This document shows, one piece after another, positions 43,139 through 53,565 of a stretch of 64,000 bases of DNA. The notes below the pieces were generated by a model. The model was not told the origin of the DNA. It saw nothing but the letters and a program-made list of their open reading frames with translations, and did no database searches. Where the stretch lies: IMG/VR virus record IMGVR_UViG_3300010283_000005, positions 1 through 64,000 of that record; one strand, 5' to 3'. The position numbers and the translations under genes were made by a program. The stretch comes from a virus. Lineage: Duplodnaviria > Caudoviricetes. Within the stretch, counting starts at the first letter, position 1. Each line of letters begins with the position of its first letter.

Positions 43139-44683
43139 ATGGCACAGAATACTGATCTAGAGCAAGAGCTTATAATTGATCCATGCTCTAGTCCTGAACC
43201 ACTTCAATTACTTGAGTCTGTAGATACTCCTACTGGTAGCTACAGTGGAGTAGTTCTTGCTACGTTAGATGGTCCTGTAATGGATTACGTCAATCCTACT
43301 CGTAACATTCGTTTGTATGAGGAGGACTTGTGTGATCAGATCCATGACAGCGAGTATGTGAAGGAGCTAGAAGATACTAAGAACTTCTTAGGAGAACCTG
43401 ATCACCCAATGCGATATCAGAATCGCTTGGATATTCATTATCCTGAAGTATCTCATGCAATTCGTAACTTCCGTAAGGTTCCTGAGAAAGGATGCTATTA
43501 CGCTACTTTTGATATACTCGATACACCTAACGGTAGAATCCTCAAGACTCTAATTGATTATGGTGTCAAGTTAGGAGTCTCCAGTCGAGGATCAGGTCGT
43601 ACTGTTACTCGCAATGGTAGAATCGTGGTCGATAAGAATACTTATCGATTTATTACATTCGACATTGTATGTATGCCTGGTAATAAGATTGCTAGACTTC
43701 CTGTCGCAAATGAGTCAATCGACTCATCTAAGACATTAACTGAGCAGGTAATGTCACTGCTCGAATCTCATGACTTGGAACAGCTCAAGTCAATCAAACC
43801 TGTATTGAACTTCCTAAGCGAAAATGCTGAGGTAGGATCACTGCTAGATAGAGTAAACGAAGCACTGGAAGCTGATGATGGTAACACTATTGCCGAGTCT
43901 GCTACTAATGATCTTCTTGAAGCTTATTCAACTATCAGGGATCTCGAGGATCAGCTCAAAGCTAAGGATTCAATAATAAATAGCCTTTCAACTGAAAATG
44001 CTAATCTGAATGAGTCAATCCAGGCTCTGCAGAACACTAATTCTGAGATGACTAAGGAATTGGATCGTAGTAAGGATTTAGCAGTAACTCAGCTGAAGAA
44101 AGAGCAGGATGCTCGAAGATTACTCGAGTCTACTCAGCTCGAGCTTGAGGAAGCTCAGGCTTCTAATCAAAGCTTGCAAGAAAAGTTGAGTCAGTCCACT
44201 CGACATGGTTCCATGAACGAGTCTGTAGTAACTCAGCTACGTAAGACTATCGAAGATGAATCGGAGCAGCATGCTACGCAGATTGGTCGTCTGCAAGAAT
44301 CTCTCGATCAAGCTAATGCTGATTTGGATTACATGACTGATCAGCTGAAGTACAAAGAGGGATGCTACAATGGTTTACTTTCTAAGTACTTCTCGATTAG
44401 ATGCAATCAGCTAGGTCTGAATGAGAGTTTAGTTCGAGAATCCCTAACTGAAAGTCAACTCAGTAGCTTGTCTGCCGATGACATCGATGCTAAGTTAAGG
44501 AAGATGGTAGCTTCTAAGCAGCCTAAGGGTCCAGCTCCTTTAACTGAGTCAATGTCTAGGAAAATCAAGGTAGAGGGGACTTCAGTTCAATCTATACCGA
44601 AACGTAATCTGCTCAATGAATCGATGTGTACCACTGATACTGGTATCGTTGATGCAGTAAGAGCAGTTCGTATGCAAGGATAA
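43139..44683 (+). CDS. prohead protease (T4 gp21-like) fused to a coiled-coil scaffold
   Basis: RN.R.Y, LGEPDHP, VSH, ILDTPNG.IL, LGVSSRGSG, TFD.V..P; long coiled coil with NES sites. Confidence 0.9.
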   Translation: MAQNTDLEQELIIDPCSSPEPLQLLESVDTPTGSYSGVVLATLDGPVMDYVNPTRNIRLYEEDLCDQIHDSEYVKELEDTKNFLGEPDHPMRYQNRLDIHYPEVSHAIRNFRKVPEKGCYYATFDILDTPNGRILKTLIDYGVKLGVSSRGSGRTVTRNGRIVVDKNTYRFITFDIVCMPGNKIARLPVANESIDSSKTLTEQVMSLLESHDLEQLKSIKPVLNFLSENAEVGSLLDRVNEALEADDGNTIAESATNDLLEAYSTIRDLEDQLKAKDSIINSLSTENANLNESIQALQNTNSEMTKELDRSKDLAVTQLKKEQDARRLLESTQLELEEAQASNQSLQEKLSQSTRHGSMNESVVTQLRKTIEDESEQHATQIGRLQESLDQANADLDYMTDQLKYKEGCYNGLLSKYFSIRCNQLGLNESLVRESLTESQLSSLSADDIDAKLRKMVASKQPKGPAPLTESMSRKIKVEGTSVQSIPKRNLLNESMCTTDTGIVDAVRAVRMQG

Positions 44684-44706
44684 ATACAGAAATGGAGGAA
44701 ATTCAA

Positions 44707-46113
44707 ATGCCTAATTTTAATGATGCAAACATTATGAACGAAATGGCTCAGGTCCATTCCAACGCTCCTGCAATCATGCAGAAGTGGGCTCCTGAATTAG
44801 GAGCAATCAATGAAGCATTCGATGGTAAGCTTGACTACATGCGTCAGGTGAGTACCGCAATCCTGTTAGAGAGTGCTTCTAATCACCTTGATCGTGTTAG
44901 TGCACTTTCTCAGAGTCCGATGAATGAGGCTACTCAGCCTTCTGACGTTGGCTACTTCAAGAAGTATGCTATCAACCTTCTGTCTGCTGCAATTCCGAAC
45001 CTGATCGCTCCGGAAATCGTTTCCATGCAGCCTATGCTCAGCCGTGTTGGTGAGATGAGATTCCTTAAGGTTCTCTATGGTTCCAACAAGGGTTCTGTTA
45101 AGGCTGGAGATACTATGTTCAGTATGTTCCAGGGCGGTAACGGTGAGACTTCTTATTCTTCTGATGAGATCGACTCCGAGTACGTTGCTGCATCTGGTAA
45201 TTCTATCAAGGGCAACTTAGCTTGGTTACCTGTAGTTCCAGGTTCCGTTAAGCTTATGGTTGGTGTGAATGAGGCTGTCGATGATGGTGCTGGTCACATC
45301 AAGGGTACTGGTATCACTTCTGGTACTATTGATTACAACACTGGTGCTTTCGATATCACTCTGAGTGCACCACATAATACTTCTGACGATGTGTACTTCA
45401 ACTATCGTTACAATAACATGGATGTTCCTGTTCAGGCTCCTGAAGTTAACCTTAAGATCGAGGTCGCTCCTATCATCGCTAAGAGCCGTAAGCTAAAAAC
45501 TCTCTACTCTTTCGATGCTGCTTTCGACATGACTAAGGATTACGGTATGCAGATCAACAACGAGCTGGTTGCTTACACTGCTGCTAACATCAAGCATGAG
45601 ATCGATGGTGAGATCATGGGTGATCTGCTTCGTATCGCATCTGCTAAGTCTGTTACTTGGGATGCTACTCCTCGTGACGGTATCTCTCTCCGTGACCACA
45701 ACGAGTCCTTCTACAACAAGATCGTTGAGGCTGGTAACAACATCTTCGATGCTACTAAGTTAGCGAATGGTTCTTACATCATCGTTGGCATGAATGCATC
45801 CAATGTTGTTGAGACTTTACCGAGATTCCGCTCCGCTGGTGTGGTTAATCCTGTTGGTCCTCACCTGGTTGGTTACCTTGGTAACATGCCTGTCTACAAG
45901 GATCCGTTCTACCCTGCAGATACCTTCCTGGTTGGTTGGAGAGGTACTGGTCTGTTCGATGCAGGTTATCTGTACTGCCCGTACATGCCGATCATGACCA
46001 CTCAGCTCATCATGGATGCAAACTTCGAGGGTCAGCGTGGTTTCGCTACCAGCTATGGTAAGAAGCCTGTTAACTCTAAGATGTATGCTAAGGGTACTAT
46101 CACTCATTCCTAA
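44707..46113 (+). CDS. major capsid protein (T4 gp23-like)
   Basis: PNLIA..IVSMQPM, AKSRKLK, EID.EI, DAGYLYCPY.P, GF.T.YG. Confidence 0.93.
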   Translation: MPNFNDANIMNEMAQVHSNAPAIMQKWAPELGAINEAFDGKLDYMRQVSTAILLESASNHLDRVSALSQSPMNEATQPSDVGYFKKYAINLLSAAIPNLIAPEIVSMQPMLSRVGEMRFLKVLYGSNKGSVKAGDTMFSMFQGGNGETSYSSDEIDSEYVAASGNSIKGNLAWLPVVPGSVKLMVGVNEAVDDGAGHIKGTGITSGTIDYNTGAFDITLSAPHNTSDDVYFNYRYNNMDVPVQAPEVNLKIEVAPIIAKSRKLKTLYSFDAAFDMTKDYGMQINNELVAYTAANIKHEIDGEIMGDLLRIASAKSVTWDATPRDGISLRDHNESFYNKIVEAGNNIFDATKLANGSYIIVGMNASNVVETLPRFRSAGVVNPVGPHLVGYLGNMPVYKDPFYPADTFLVGWRGTGLFDAGYLYCPYMPIMTTQLIMDANFEGQRGFATSYGKKPVNSKMYAKGTITHS

Positions 46114-46242
46114 TTGAGTGAGTGACTAACTTTGCCCTCCTTATCAAAGTTGTCATAAATAGCTCTAAGTCAAACCCTCCTCCCTCCCTTGTGCCATGGG
46201 GAGGAGGGTTTGCTATTAGAGAGCAGAATGGAGGTAGAAACA

Positions 46243-46812
46243 ATGCTAGGGTTAAAATATATCGGTAATAGAGAAGAAGGCATTAGCCTGGTGCTCTATC
46301 GATCATACAAGACAGTTTCAGTGACTCCTAGAAAACCTTATCGGTTCACTCCTAAGGATAATGTGTCTGAGGAAGCTCGGCACTATTATCAGGGTCTGAG
46401 TCATCTAGGAATTGCAATCCTGGACAATCCAGCTGATGCAGGTATCACTTCTGATAGTGCTACTCGTACTCAGAAACTGGAAGTAGAATCTGATACTCAG
46501 GTTGATGTTCAGGCTCCTGCTAAGTCTGAAGCTGAAGCTCCCGTAGCTGCAGAAACTGAAGCTACTCAGCCTGAAGTGACTGCAGATGAATCCCAGGATG
46601 TGGATGCTCCTGTGGATAAGAGCTTATTCGCAGAAATGTCTGATGCCGAGCTCAGTGAGTATCTTGAGATGAATTACAATCGTGATCAGCTCAAGTCATT
46701 AATCTCTGACTTAGGTGTCGATATCAACGTAGGTAGAAAGTCTGAATCTACTCTGATCGGTGATCTTGTGAATAATCACAAAGCTGAACTGGTAGCTCAT
46801 CTCTCTAAGTAA
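46243..46812 (+). CDS. hypothetical virion-module protein
   Basis: GGAGG SD; acidic linker. Confidence 0.55.
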   Translation: MLGLKYIGNREEGISLVLYRSYKTVSVTPRKPYRFTPKDNVSEEARHYYQGLSHLGIAILDNPADAGITSDSATRTQKLEVESDTQVDVQAPAKSEAEAPVAAETEATQPEVTADESQDVDAPVDKSLFAEMSDAELSEYLEMNYNRDQLKSLISDLGVDINVGRKSESTLIGDLVNNHKAELVAHLSK

Positions 46813-46826
46813 GGAGGTGAGATGTC

Positions 46827-47522
46827 ATGGCTGATAAGAAATTCACGAGAGAAGCCATAAGTGCTTGGATTAAGGCTAAGCTAGGATATCCTACTGTGGA
46901 GATCGAGCTAACCGATGAGCAACTCGACATCTGCATCGATGATGCCCTTGATGAGATTGCTCCGTGGGTAGTTCAGCGTCAGTACGTGACACTTCCAGTA
47001 CAAGAATGTATCGATTTGTCTGAGTACAATGTATCCTATGTTATTGCAGTTCATAAAGCTAATGGAGCTGCTAATTCCAGTGATAATCAGCTGGATGTAT
47101 TCAGTCCATATACTTACATGGAAGTTCGAGGTAGTTATCAAGGGATTACTTATAGTCGAATTGAAAGTCAGCTATTCGATAATCTTCAGCAAGCTACTAA
47201 GGATAATATTTCTTGGAAGTATATCAAGCCTAAGCTGTACTTAGACATAGGTGTACCAGTGGCTACTCAAGTAACTATCGAGTACTCACCTAACATCGAT
47301 GATCTGGATTCCTTGACTGATCCTATGTACAAGAAATTCGTCAAAAGATTCGCATTAGCATTCGCTAGAGCAATTCTATCTGATATCCGAGGTAAGTTCT
47401 CAGTCTCAGGCTCTCCTGTAGAAATTGATGGATCTACTCAGGATAGTAAGTCAGAACGTGAGCTCGAAGAGTTACGTCAAGAGCTTAGAGATACAGTAAA
47501 TACACATTTCATGGTAGATTAA
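46827..47522 (+). CDS. neck / head-tail adaptor (gp13-like)
   Basis: LGYPTVEIELT.EQL..CID.AL; RGKFS. Confidence 0.8.
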   Translation: MADKKFTREAISAWIKAKLGYPTVEIELTDEQLDICIDDALDEIAPWVVQRQYVTLPVQECIDLSEYNVSYVIAVHKANGAANSSDNQLDVFSPYTYMEVRGSYQGITYSRIESQLFDNLQQATKDNISWKYIKPKLYLDIGVPVATQVTIEYSPNIDDLDSLTDPMYKKFVKRFALAFARAILSDIRGKFSVSGSPVEIDGSTQDSKSERELEELRQELRDTVNTHFMVD

Positions 47523-47536
47523 GGAGGTTATCTAAA

Positions 47537-49000
47537 ATGAGTAATCTTAATGAAGGTTTTAAGGTGCCTGATATGAGTAAGGTCGGAGTTCATCAGACTT
47601 CTGAATTAGGCATCATCAATAGACTCAATGAGAGTCACAATCGAGCTGGTGCTCAGGGCACTAAGCCGATGAATGAGTCCGCAGGTGAGGCTACCTGCCC
47701 GCACTGCGGTGCAACTTGGACTCCGAGCGTGACTACTGAGGATGGAGCTAGTCAGCTTTGCCCTGTATGCGGTAGTGCACTTACGGATCCTAATCAGCCT
47801 GGAGTTCAGGATTCTGCTGTTGAAGATGAGCAGCATACTGAGGAGATGGAGCAGGCTAAGCTTGAGTCCACTCTGCAGGAGTACATCGATCTAGTTGATG
47901 CTGGTTCTATGAATGAGGCTAAGCAGCTGATCGAATCTGCTGAGGCTAAGGTTATCTGCGAAGCTTGCGAGGATGGTACTTCTGACATCATGCTTGAGAA
48001 GTTCGTCATCAAGGTTGATTCTAATGGTCATAAGACTAAGAAGAAAGTTCGTACCAAGAAGATGAAGCGTACTGCTGCTCAGAAAGCTGCACTTCGTAAG
48101 GCTCGTAAGTCTGCTAATAAGAGTGCTGCTAAGAAGAAGCGTAAGAAAGCTATGAAAGCTCGTGCTCGCTTAGGTCTCAATGAGAGCATCCGTAAGACTC
48201 AGATTAGCCATGCAATTATGGAGATGCTTGAGTCTCAGGGAGTTACTTCTGTGAGTGCTAAGGCAGTTAATCGTGCGATCAATGAAGCTTACCATATGAA
48301 TGAAGCTGAGGTTCAGCTTCCTGAGGAAAAGGCTCTGAGTACTCTAGAGACTATCCTTGGCAATCATGGTCTGGAAGTTACTGACTCCGAGACTAAGGTG
48401 ACTGATGGTGTCCTGATCGCTAGTGTATCTGTTAAGGATACGGATGCTGAGGTTTACTTAGGTGACATTGCTGATGAGGTCGAGGATTCTCTCGATGGTT
48501 ATGCTGTCGACTATGATGAGCCTGATGATCCGGATGAGAACGGCATCGTTGATATTGACTTCTACTTTGTTCCTCAGCTTCAGGTCAATGAGTCAGAGGA
48601 TAACTCCGATGGTGATGGCAAGACGGATCCTGAGAATAAGGATGATGGCAAGAAGGAGCCTACTAACGAGTGCGATGATCCTAAAGCTAAGAAGATGAAT
48701 GAGGGCATGCAGGTAGGTAACTACGATGCTCTATTCGAGTCTATGGCTGGAGGAGTTGAGAACATTCGTTGCAAGATGAATCCTGCTTTCATCAAGCCTA
48801 ATCAGGTGATTCTCGATGCTGGTGAAGGTACTGTCTTTAAGGCACTGACTGAGTCAGTTGCAGTTGATGGTGGCTTCAAGATGGCAGTTGAAATCTGCAA
48901 TTCCAAGAATGCTGAGCTTGCTGGCTTAGTTCCTGGTGCAGAGGTGAACTTAAGTTCTGATGGAGATTACTTCTTAATGAGAAGCAATCCGATGGCTTAA
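47537..49000 (+). CDS. prohead core protein-like (gp68-type basic tract, zinc ribbon)
   Basis: RTAAQKAALRKARK..KKKRKKAMKAR; many xNE motifs; CPHCG/CPVCG. Confidence 0.6.
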   Translation: MSNLNEGFKVPDMSKVGVHQTSELGIINRLNESHNRAGAQGTKPMNESAGEATCPHCGATWTPSVTTEDGASQLCPVCGSALTDPNQPGVQDSAVEDEQHTEEMEQAKLESTLQEYIDLVDAGSMNEAKQLIESAEAKVICEACEDGTSDIMLEKFVIKVDSNGHKTKKKVRTKKMKRTAAQKAALRKARKSANKSAAKKKRKKAMKARARLGLNESIRKTQISHAIMEMLESQGVTSVSAKAVNRAINEAYHMNEAEVQLPEEKALSTLETILGNHGLEVTDSETKVTDGVLIASVSVKDTDAEVYLGDIADEVEDSLDGYAVDYDEPDDPDENGIVDIDFYFVPQLQVNESEDNSDGDGKTDPENKDDGKKEPTNECDDPKAKKMNEGMQVGNYDALFESMAGGVENIRCKMNPAFIKPNQVILDAGEGTVFKALTESVAVDGGFKMAVEICNSKNAELAGLVPGAEVNLSSDGDYFLMRSNPMA

Positions 49001-49023
49001 GTTCAGGAAGTGAGGTGATTAGC

Positions 49024-49551
49024 TTGATAACTAGTTGCCTTAATGAATATACTCGTAAACGTCTGTTGGATAGAGCTAAGAAGGATACTCCTGATAAGTT
49101 CAAGCGACGTACTGATGCTGGTGATAACTGGAAGCTCGAGCGAGTAGGATTGCTCGAGCTCTCCACCACTGGTGATCTCTACCTTTATTTTAAGGTGAAG
49201 AATTACAAGGTATCTCTGAGAATCATAGCTTATCGACCTGTGCTGGAACAGTACATTAATGGTAAGTTCCGTAATGATCCTAATAAAGCTATCAAGAAAT
49301 CTCTTGATTATGCTCTCAGAAGGAATCATATTCAGATAGCTTGTGAGTGCGATGACTTCCGTTATCGATATGCTTACATGGCTACTCAGAAAGGCTACGG
49401 ATTAGATACTCATGAAGATCGACCTGCTAAGATTACTAATCCTAAGAACAAAGGTGGACTGTGCAAGCATCAGATCCGAGTTCTTAATTCACCTTCAGTT
49501 TGGCTACCTAAGGTAGTGACTGCACTGAAGAGGTATATCAAGCAGAAGTAG
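49024..49551 (+). CDS. SWIM zinc-finger-like protein
   Basis: CECDDF...LCKH. Confidence 0.65.
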   Translation: MITSCLNEYTRKRLLDRAKKDTPDKFKRRTDAGDNWKLERVGLLELSTTGDLYLYFKVKNYKVSLRIIAYRPVLEQYINGKFRNDPNKAIKKSLDYALRRNHIQIACECDDFRYRYAYMATQKGYGLDTHEDRPAKITNPKNKGGLCKHQIRVLNSPSVWLPKVVTALKRYIKQK

Positions 49552-49568
49552 TAGAAAGGAGGATAAGG

Positions 49569-50075
49569 ATGGGATTACTTTATATGGCTGATGTAGAGCA
49601 TGACCTACACATTAAGTATCTAGCTGAAGCTGCTAAGCTACTAGGTCAGGAAGCTCTGCTGTACCAAGTCGATAAGAAATCTTGTGATTTGCATCACGAT
49701 AAGGATGTAGTCTATAAAGAACCAGTGAAATTCAATTTCTTACTGGAGCAGAATCCTACTCCAATCCTCAAGAAACTTAACTGGTTTTCAGAAGATAGTG
49801 AACTGCCGTATATAGGGTACCTTACTAAGCTTGATAATGACTACCAGGAGGTACGCATCGATACTGATGCAATCCTCGAGATAGTCACAACTCAGGTGAG
49901 TGAGCCTAATGCGAATAAGTTTATTATCACATCAGTGAGAGGTTCAAAGCTTAATCCTCTATTTTGGATATGTAAGCTAGTCCCTTATCGTGAGAAGACT
50001 GAGATGACTCCGGTTAAGGATCCTGAAGCTCCTCATGATACGAGCTTGGGATATAGCTATATCCAGAGGAAGTGA
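49569..50075 (+). CDS. neck/head-closure protein (gp14-like)
   Basis: position and size; LKKLNWF motif. Confidence 0.5.
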   Translation: MGLLYMADVEHDLHIKYLAEAAKLLGQEALLYQVDKKSCDLHHDKDVVYKEPVKFNFLLEQNPTPILKKLNWFSEDSELPYIGYLTKLDNDYQEVRIDTDAILEIVTTQVSEPNANKFIITSVRGSKLNPLFWICKLVPYREKTEMTPVKDPEAPHDTSLGYSYIQRK

Positions 50076-50079
50076 TTAG

Positions 50080-50553
50080 ATGATATACATTCAGACATTA
50101 GATAGGTACTGGGATGCTGGTTCAAAACTTCTCAAAGATCAGTCATCTGATGTACTAAGGGGATTTCAAGTTTATTTAGCTCGAGAGTACGTGAGATTAG
50201 TCAAGTTATCGATTGATCAGCAACGTTATCGAGCTAGGTGGAAAGACTTGACTCCAGGCTACCTTGAGTATAAGCGTAAGCATGGCTTATCGCTGAATAT
50301 ATGGGAAGCTACTGGAGAACTTAAGAAATCCCTCAAGGTCATGAGTCCTAATGGTAGGACCATTGTAATTGGATTCGATAAGAGACGTACTCATAAGTGG
50401 TCATCAGCTAAGCTATATAAGCTAGCTCGATGGCTTGAGTATGGTACCTTACGGATACCTCCTAGACCATTGTTCCGAATGGTGTATATCTACATGTCAT
50501 CTAATATCAACTACTTTTGGAGTAAGTATCAGAAAGAGGAGGGACTATCATGA
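50080..50553 (+). CDS. tail completion / HK97-gp10-like protein
   Basis: TGELKKSL ... LEYGT..IPPRPLF. Confidence 0.7.
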   Translation: MIYIQTLDRYWDAGSKLLKDQSSDVLRGFQVYLAREYVRLVKLSIDQQRYRARWKDLTPGYLEYKRKHGLSLNIWEATGELKKSLKVMSPNGRTIVIGFDKRRTHKWSSAKLYKLARWLEYGTLRIPPRPLFRMVYIYMSSNINYFWSKYQKEEGLS

Positions 50554-51152
50554 GCCTAGCAGCCTATGATGAAGGAGTTCTTAAGTATCTGAAAGATGCT
50601 ATGAACTTTGATAATATAATCAATTCAGCTGAGTCCCGAGCATTTGGTGATGTAGCTGAGCACACTGATAAAGTCAAAGTCAAATTTCCACTTATCTCAT
50701 TTTGGAGGATAGCTAATCCAGTTGACTTTCCAGGAGGTAATTTTGCCATGAGGCATCGTGGTAAGATTGTCCAGACTGATTATACTGATCAGAAAGGAGT
50801 ACGGTGGAGAGCTTTACCAGTGAAGTTGACTTATCAGATCACAATCTGGTCTGATAGGAGACGAGAAGTCGATGATATCTATCGTGAACTTATGATGTAC
50901 CTGATGACTGACAATCCTCACATTGAAGTGATGATGGAAGGTATGGAGGTACCTGAGAAGTTTGTACTTGAAGTTACTGATACTGATACAACTACTGATG
51001 TGGATTCCTTTGCTGATAGGGGAAGGATTTACACTCAGAATATCTTAGTTGATGTGCCTGAAGCTCAGTTACTGTTCAGCAAAGAATTCCCTATCGCATC
51101 TAAAATAGAGCCAAGATTTGTTATTATCGATGGTCTAGACTCTGAATTATAA
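50550..51152 (+). CDS. tail terminator (gp15-like)
   Basis: FPLISF.R; PVKLTYQI.IW; precedes sheath. Confidence 0.6.
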   Translation: MSLAAYDEGVLKYLKDAMNFDNIINSAESRAFGDVAEHTDKVKVKFPLISFWRIANPVDFPGGNFAMRHRGKIVQTDYTDQKGVRWRALPVKLTYQITIWSDRRREVDDIYRELMMYLMTDNPHIEVMMEGMEVPEKFVLEVTDTDTTTDVDSFADRGRIYTQNILVDVPEAQLLFSKEFPIASKIEPRFVIIDGLDSEL

Positions 51153-51169
51153 CCAAGGAGGTTTTAAGC

Positions 51170-52990
51170 ATGGCATATGAAATGTTAAGTCCTGGTGTGT
51201 CAGTTAATGAGATCGACTATAGTGACTACGTTGCTGCTGCTGCTACCTGTATCATTGGTATGGTAGGTGGTGCTCGTAGAGGTCCAGTAGTCCCTACTCT
51301 AGTGACTTCTCAGGAAGAATTCGTGAAACTGTATGGCATTCCTTCCACGAAGGAGTATGGTGCTTATAGTGCATTGCAGGCACTGACTCAGGCATCTCAG
51401 CTGTATTATCAGCGTGCTGTACACATGTCTACTGCAGCTAAGGCTGGTGCGTCTGGCACTGATAAGCTGCTATTTACTCTCAAGAAGCTCGGTACTGCTT
51501 ATAATGGCTATACCGTGAAGATCGATTATACTTCTGATACTGACTTCAATGTGACTGTATTCAGACCACATATTCAGTCAGATGGTGAAGGTACTGATCC
51601 AGTGCAGCTTGAGAAGTTTGAGCAATGCAGTCTGAATACTACTGACGAGGCTAACTTCGTCAATAATAAGATCAATAGTGCTTCTGAGTATGTGATCGTA
51701 GCTCTTATGGATAGTGGTACTCTTGCTACTAAGACTCTCACTTTTGCTAATGCAACTGATGGTGCTGCTTATGGTACTGCAGGTGGTAGCGATCAGGTCT
51801 TCTCTATCAAGACTAAGTACTATGATTCCACTCTGAACTATGACATCGTGAAGTTTACTAAGCCTGATCTGGCTGGTTACTTCAGTATGATCCTGATGTC
51901 TGAGGATCGTAATACGATTGTTGAACAGATCGACAATCTGTCACTTGATCCTTCTGATGAGCGTTATGTCGATAACATCATCGCAAGCACTTCTATCAAT
52001 GTAGAGGTTACTTACAATAAGGATCACTTTGAAGATGATAATGATATCAGTACTGTCGAGTATGTTATCAAGGGTGGCAATGATGGTATCACAGGTCTTA
52101 CTGAGAAAGATATCATTGGTACTACCAGTGATGGTCTGAAAGCTTTCAGCAATCCTGAGGTTATCGACATCAATCTATTATGTGCTCCTGGTTGGTATCA
52201 GGCTGAGGTCGCTTCTGAAGGTATCTCAATCTGTGAAGGTCGTGGTGATGCAATCTACATTGCTGAGACTCCATTCGGACTGACTGCTCAGGAAGCTAAT
52301 GCATGGGCAAATGGTTCTGATGAATTCGCTGCTGATCATAAAGCATTCGATAGTTCCTACGGTGCTATGTACTGGCCATGGGTTCAGGTATCTGATCCTT
52401 ATACTCGTCAGAACATCTGGTTACCGCCTACGGGTACCATCTGTGCTCAGTATGCTTATTCAGATAACGTAGGTCAGCCTTGGTTCGCTCCTGCTGGTCT
52501 GAATCGTGGTATCCTACAGAATGTTCTTGCAGTTGAGTACTCTGCTACTAAGGGTGAGCGTGATACCATCTATGGTGGTAGAAACGTTGTTAACCCGATC
52601 ATCAACTACAGAGGTCAGGGAATCGTTATCTGGGGTCAGAAGACCATGCAGCGTAAGGCTAATTCTCTGGATAGAGTCAATGCCAGACGTTTGATGAACT
52701 ATCTGAAGAAGATCATCTCTGCTTCCACTGCTTACTATGTATTCGAGCCTAATGACGAGTACAACTGGAATAAGTGGATCGACATGGTTGAGCCTAAGCT
52801 CGAGAATATCAAGCATTTACGTGGTGTCTATGAGTACAAGGTTGAAATGCAGCCTACTACTTCAGAGATCGAGAATAACGTAATGCCTGGTACGATCTAC
52901 GTTAAGCCTACTAAGGCTGCTGAGTATATCCCGTTGAACTTCATGATTGCTCCTTATGGTGCATCTTTTGATGAAGAGCTCAACGGCTAA
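51170..52990 (+). CDS. contractile tail sheath protein
   Basis: SPGVSVNEID, RGP, YWPW, WFAPAG.NRG, WGQKT, R.N.RRL, FEPND. Confidence 0.95.
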   Translation: MAYEMLSPGVSVNEIDYSDYVAAAATCIIGMVGGARRGPVVPTLVTSQEEFVKLYGIPSTKEYGAYSALQALTQASQLYYQRAVHMSTAAKAGASGTDKLLFTLKKLGTAYNGYTVKIDYTSDTDFNVTVFRPHIQSDGEGTDPVQLEKFEQCSLNTTDEANFVNNKINSASEYVIVALMDSGTLATKTLTFANATDGAAYGTAGGSDQVFSIKTKYYDSTLNYDIVKFTKPDLAGYFSMILMSEDRNTIVEQIDNLSLDPSDERYVDNIIASTSINVEVTYNKDHFEDDNDISTVEYVIKGGNDGITGLTEKDIIGTTSDGLKAFSNPEVIDINLLCAPGWYQAEVASEGISICEGRGDAIYIAETPFGLTAQEANAWANGSDEFAADHKAFDSSYGAMYWPWVQVSDPYTRQNIWLPPTGTICAQYAYSDNVGQPWFAPAGLNRGILQNVLAVEYSATKGERDTIYGGRNVVNPIINYRGQGIVIWGQKTMQRKANSLDRVNARRLMNYLKKIISASTAYYVFEPNDEYNWNKWIDMVEPKLENIKHLRGVYEYKVEMQPTTSEIENNVMPGTIYVKPTKAAEYIPLNFMIAPYGASFDEELNG

Positions 52991-53011
52991 TTGAGAAAGG
53001 AGTGAATCGTT

Positions 53012-53512
53012 ATGCCATTAACAGTCGGACCTATGCACTTATCGAATAATCGTAATTTCGAGGTGCAGAGAACTAATAACTTCGAGGTGGTATTTGAAGG
53101 ATTATCTGAAGATATCACCTTGTCAGTGGCTTCCTTCTCTCTAGCAAACATCACTAATGACCCTATCGAAATTCCTTATGGTAACTCCAAGGTTAAGGTA
53201 GCTGGTCAGGCTTCCTTCGATGATGCAAGCCTTGTGGTTAATGACTACATCGTTGCTGATATCGAGAAGCAGTTATGGGCATGGAGAAAGAAGGTCTTTG
53301 ATCCTGAGACCATGAAAGTTGGTTGGGCTGAGGACTACAAGCGTAATGGTCGTCTCTATCAGTATGGTCCTGATGGTACTGTACAGCGTGTATGGAGACT
53401 GATCGGATGCTGGCCTACGGGTCTTGAGTCTTCTGAGTTCAACTACGATGGATCTGATAAGAAGCAGATTACTATGCCGATGGCAATCGATCAAGCTTAT
53501 CCAGAGCGATAA
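53012..53512 (+). CDS. tail tube protein (gp19-like)
   Basis: follows sheath; R.N.FEV, KVAG, W.L.GCWP. Confidence 0.88.
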   Translation: MPLTVGPMHLSNNRNFEVQRTNNFEVVFEGLSEDITLSVASFSLANITNDPIEIPYGNSKVKVAGQASFDDASLVVNDYIVADIEKQLWAWRKKVFDPETMKVGWAEDYKRNGRLYQYGPDGTVQRVWRLIGCWPTGLESSEFNYDGSDKKQITMPMAIDQAYPER

Positions 53513-53565
53513 GCCTGAGCCATCAGGCTCATCAAACTATACTTAGATATGGAGGAATGTAAACT

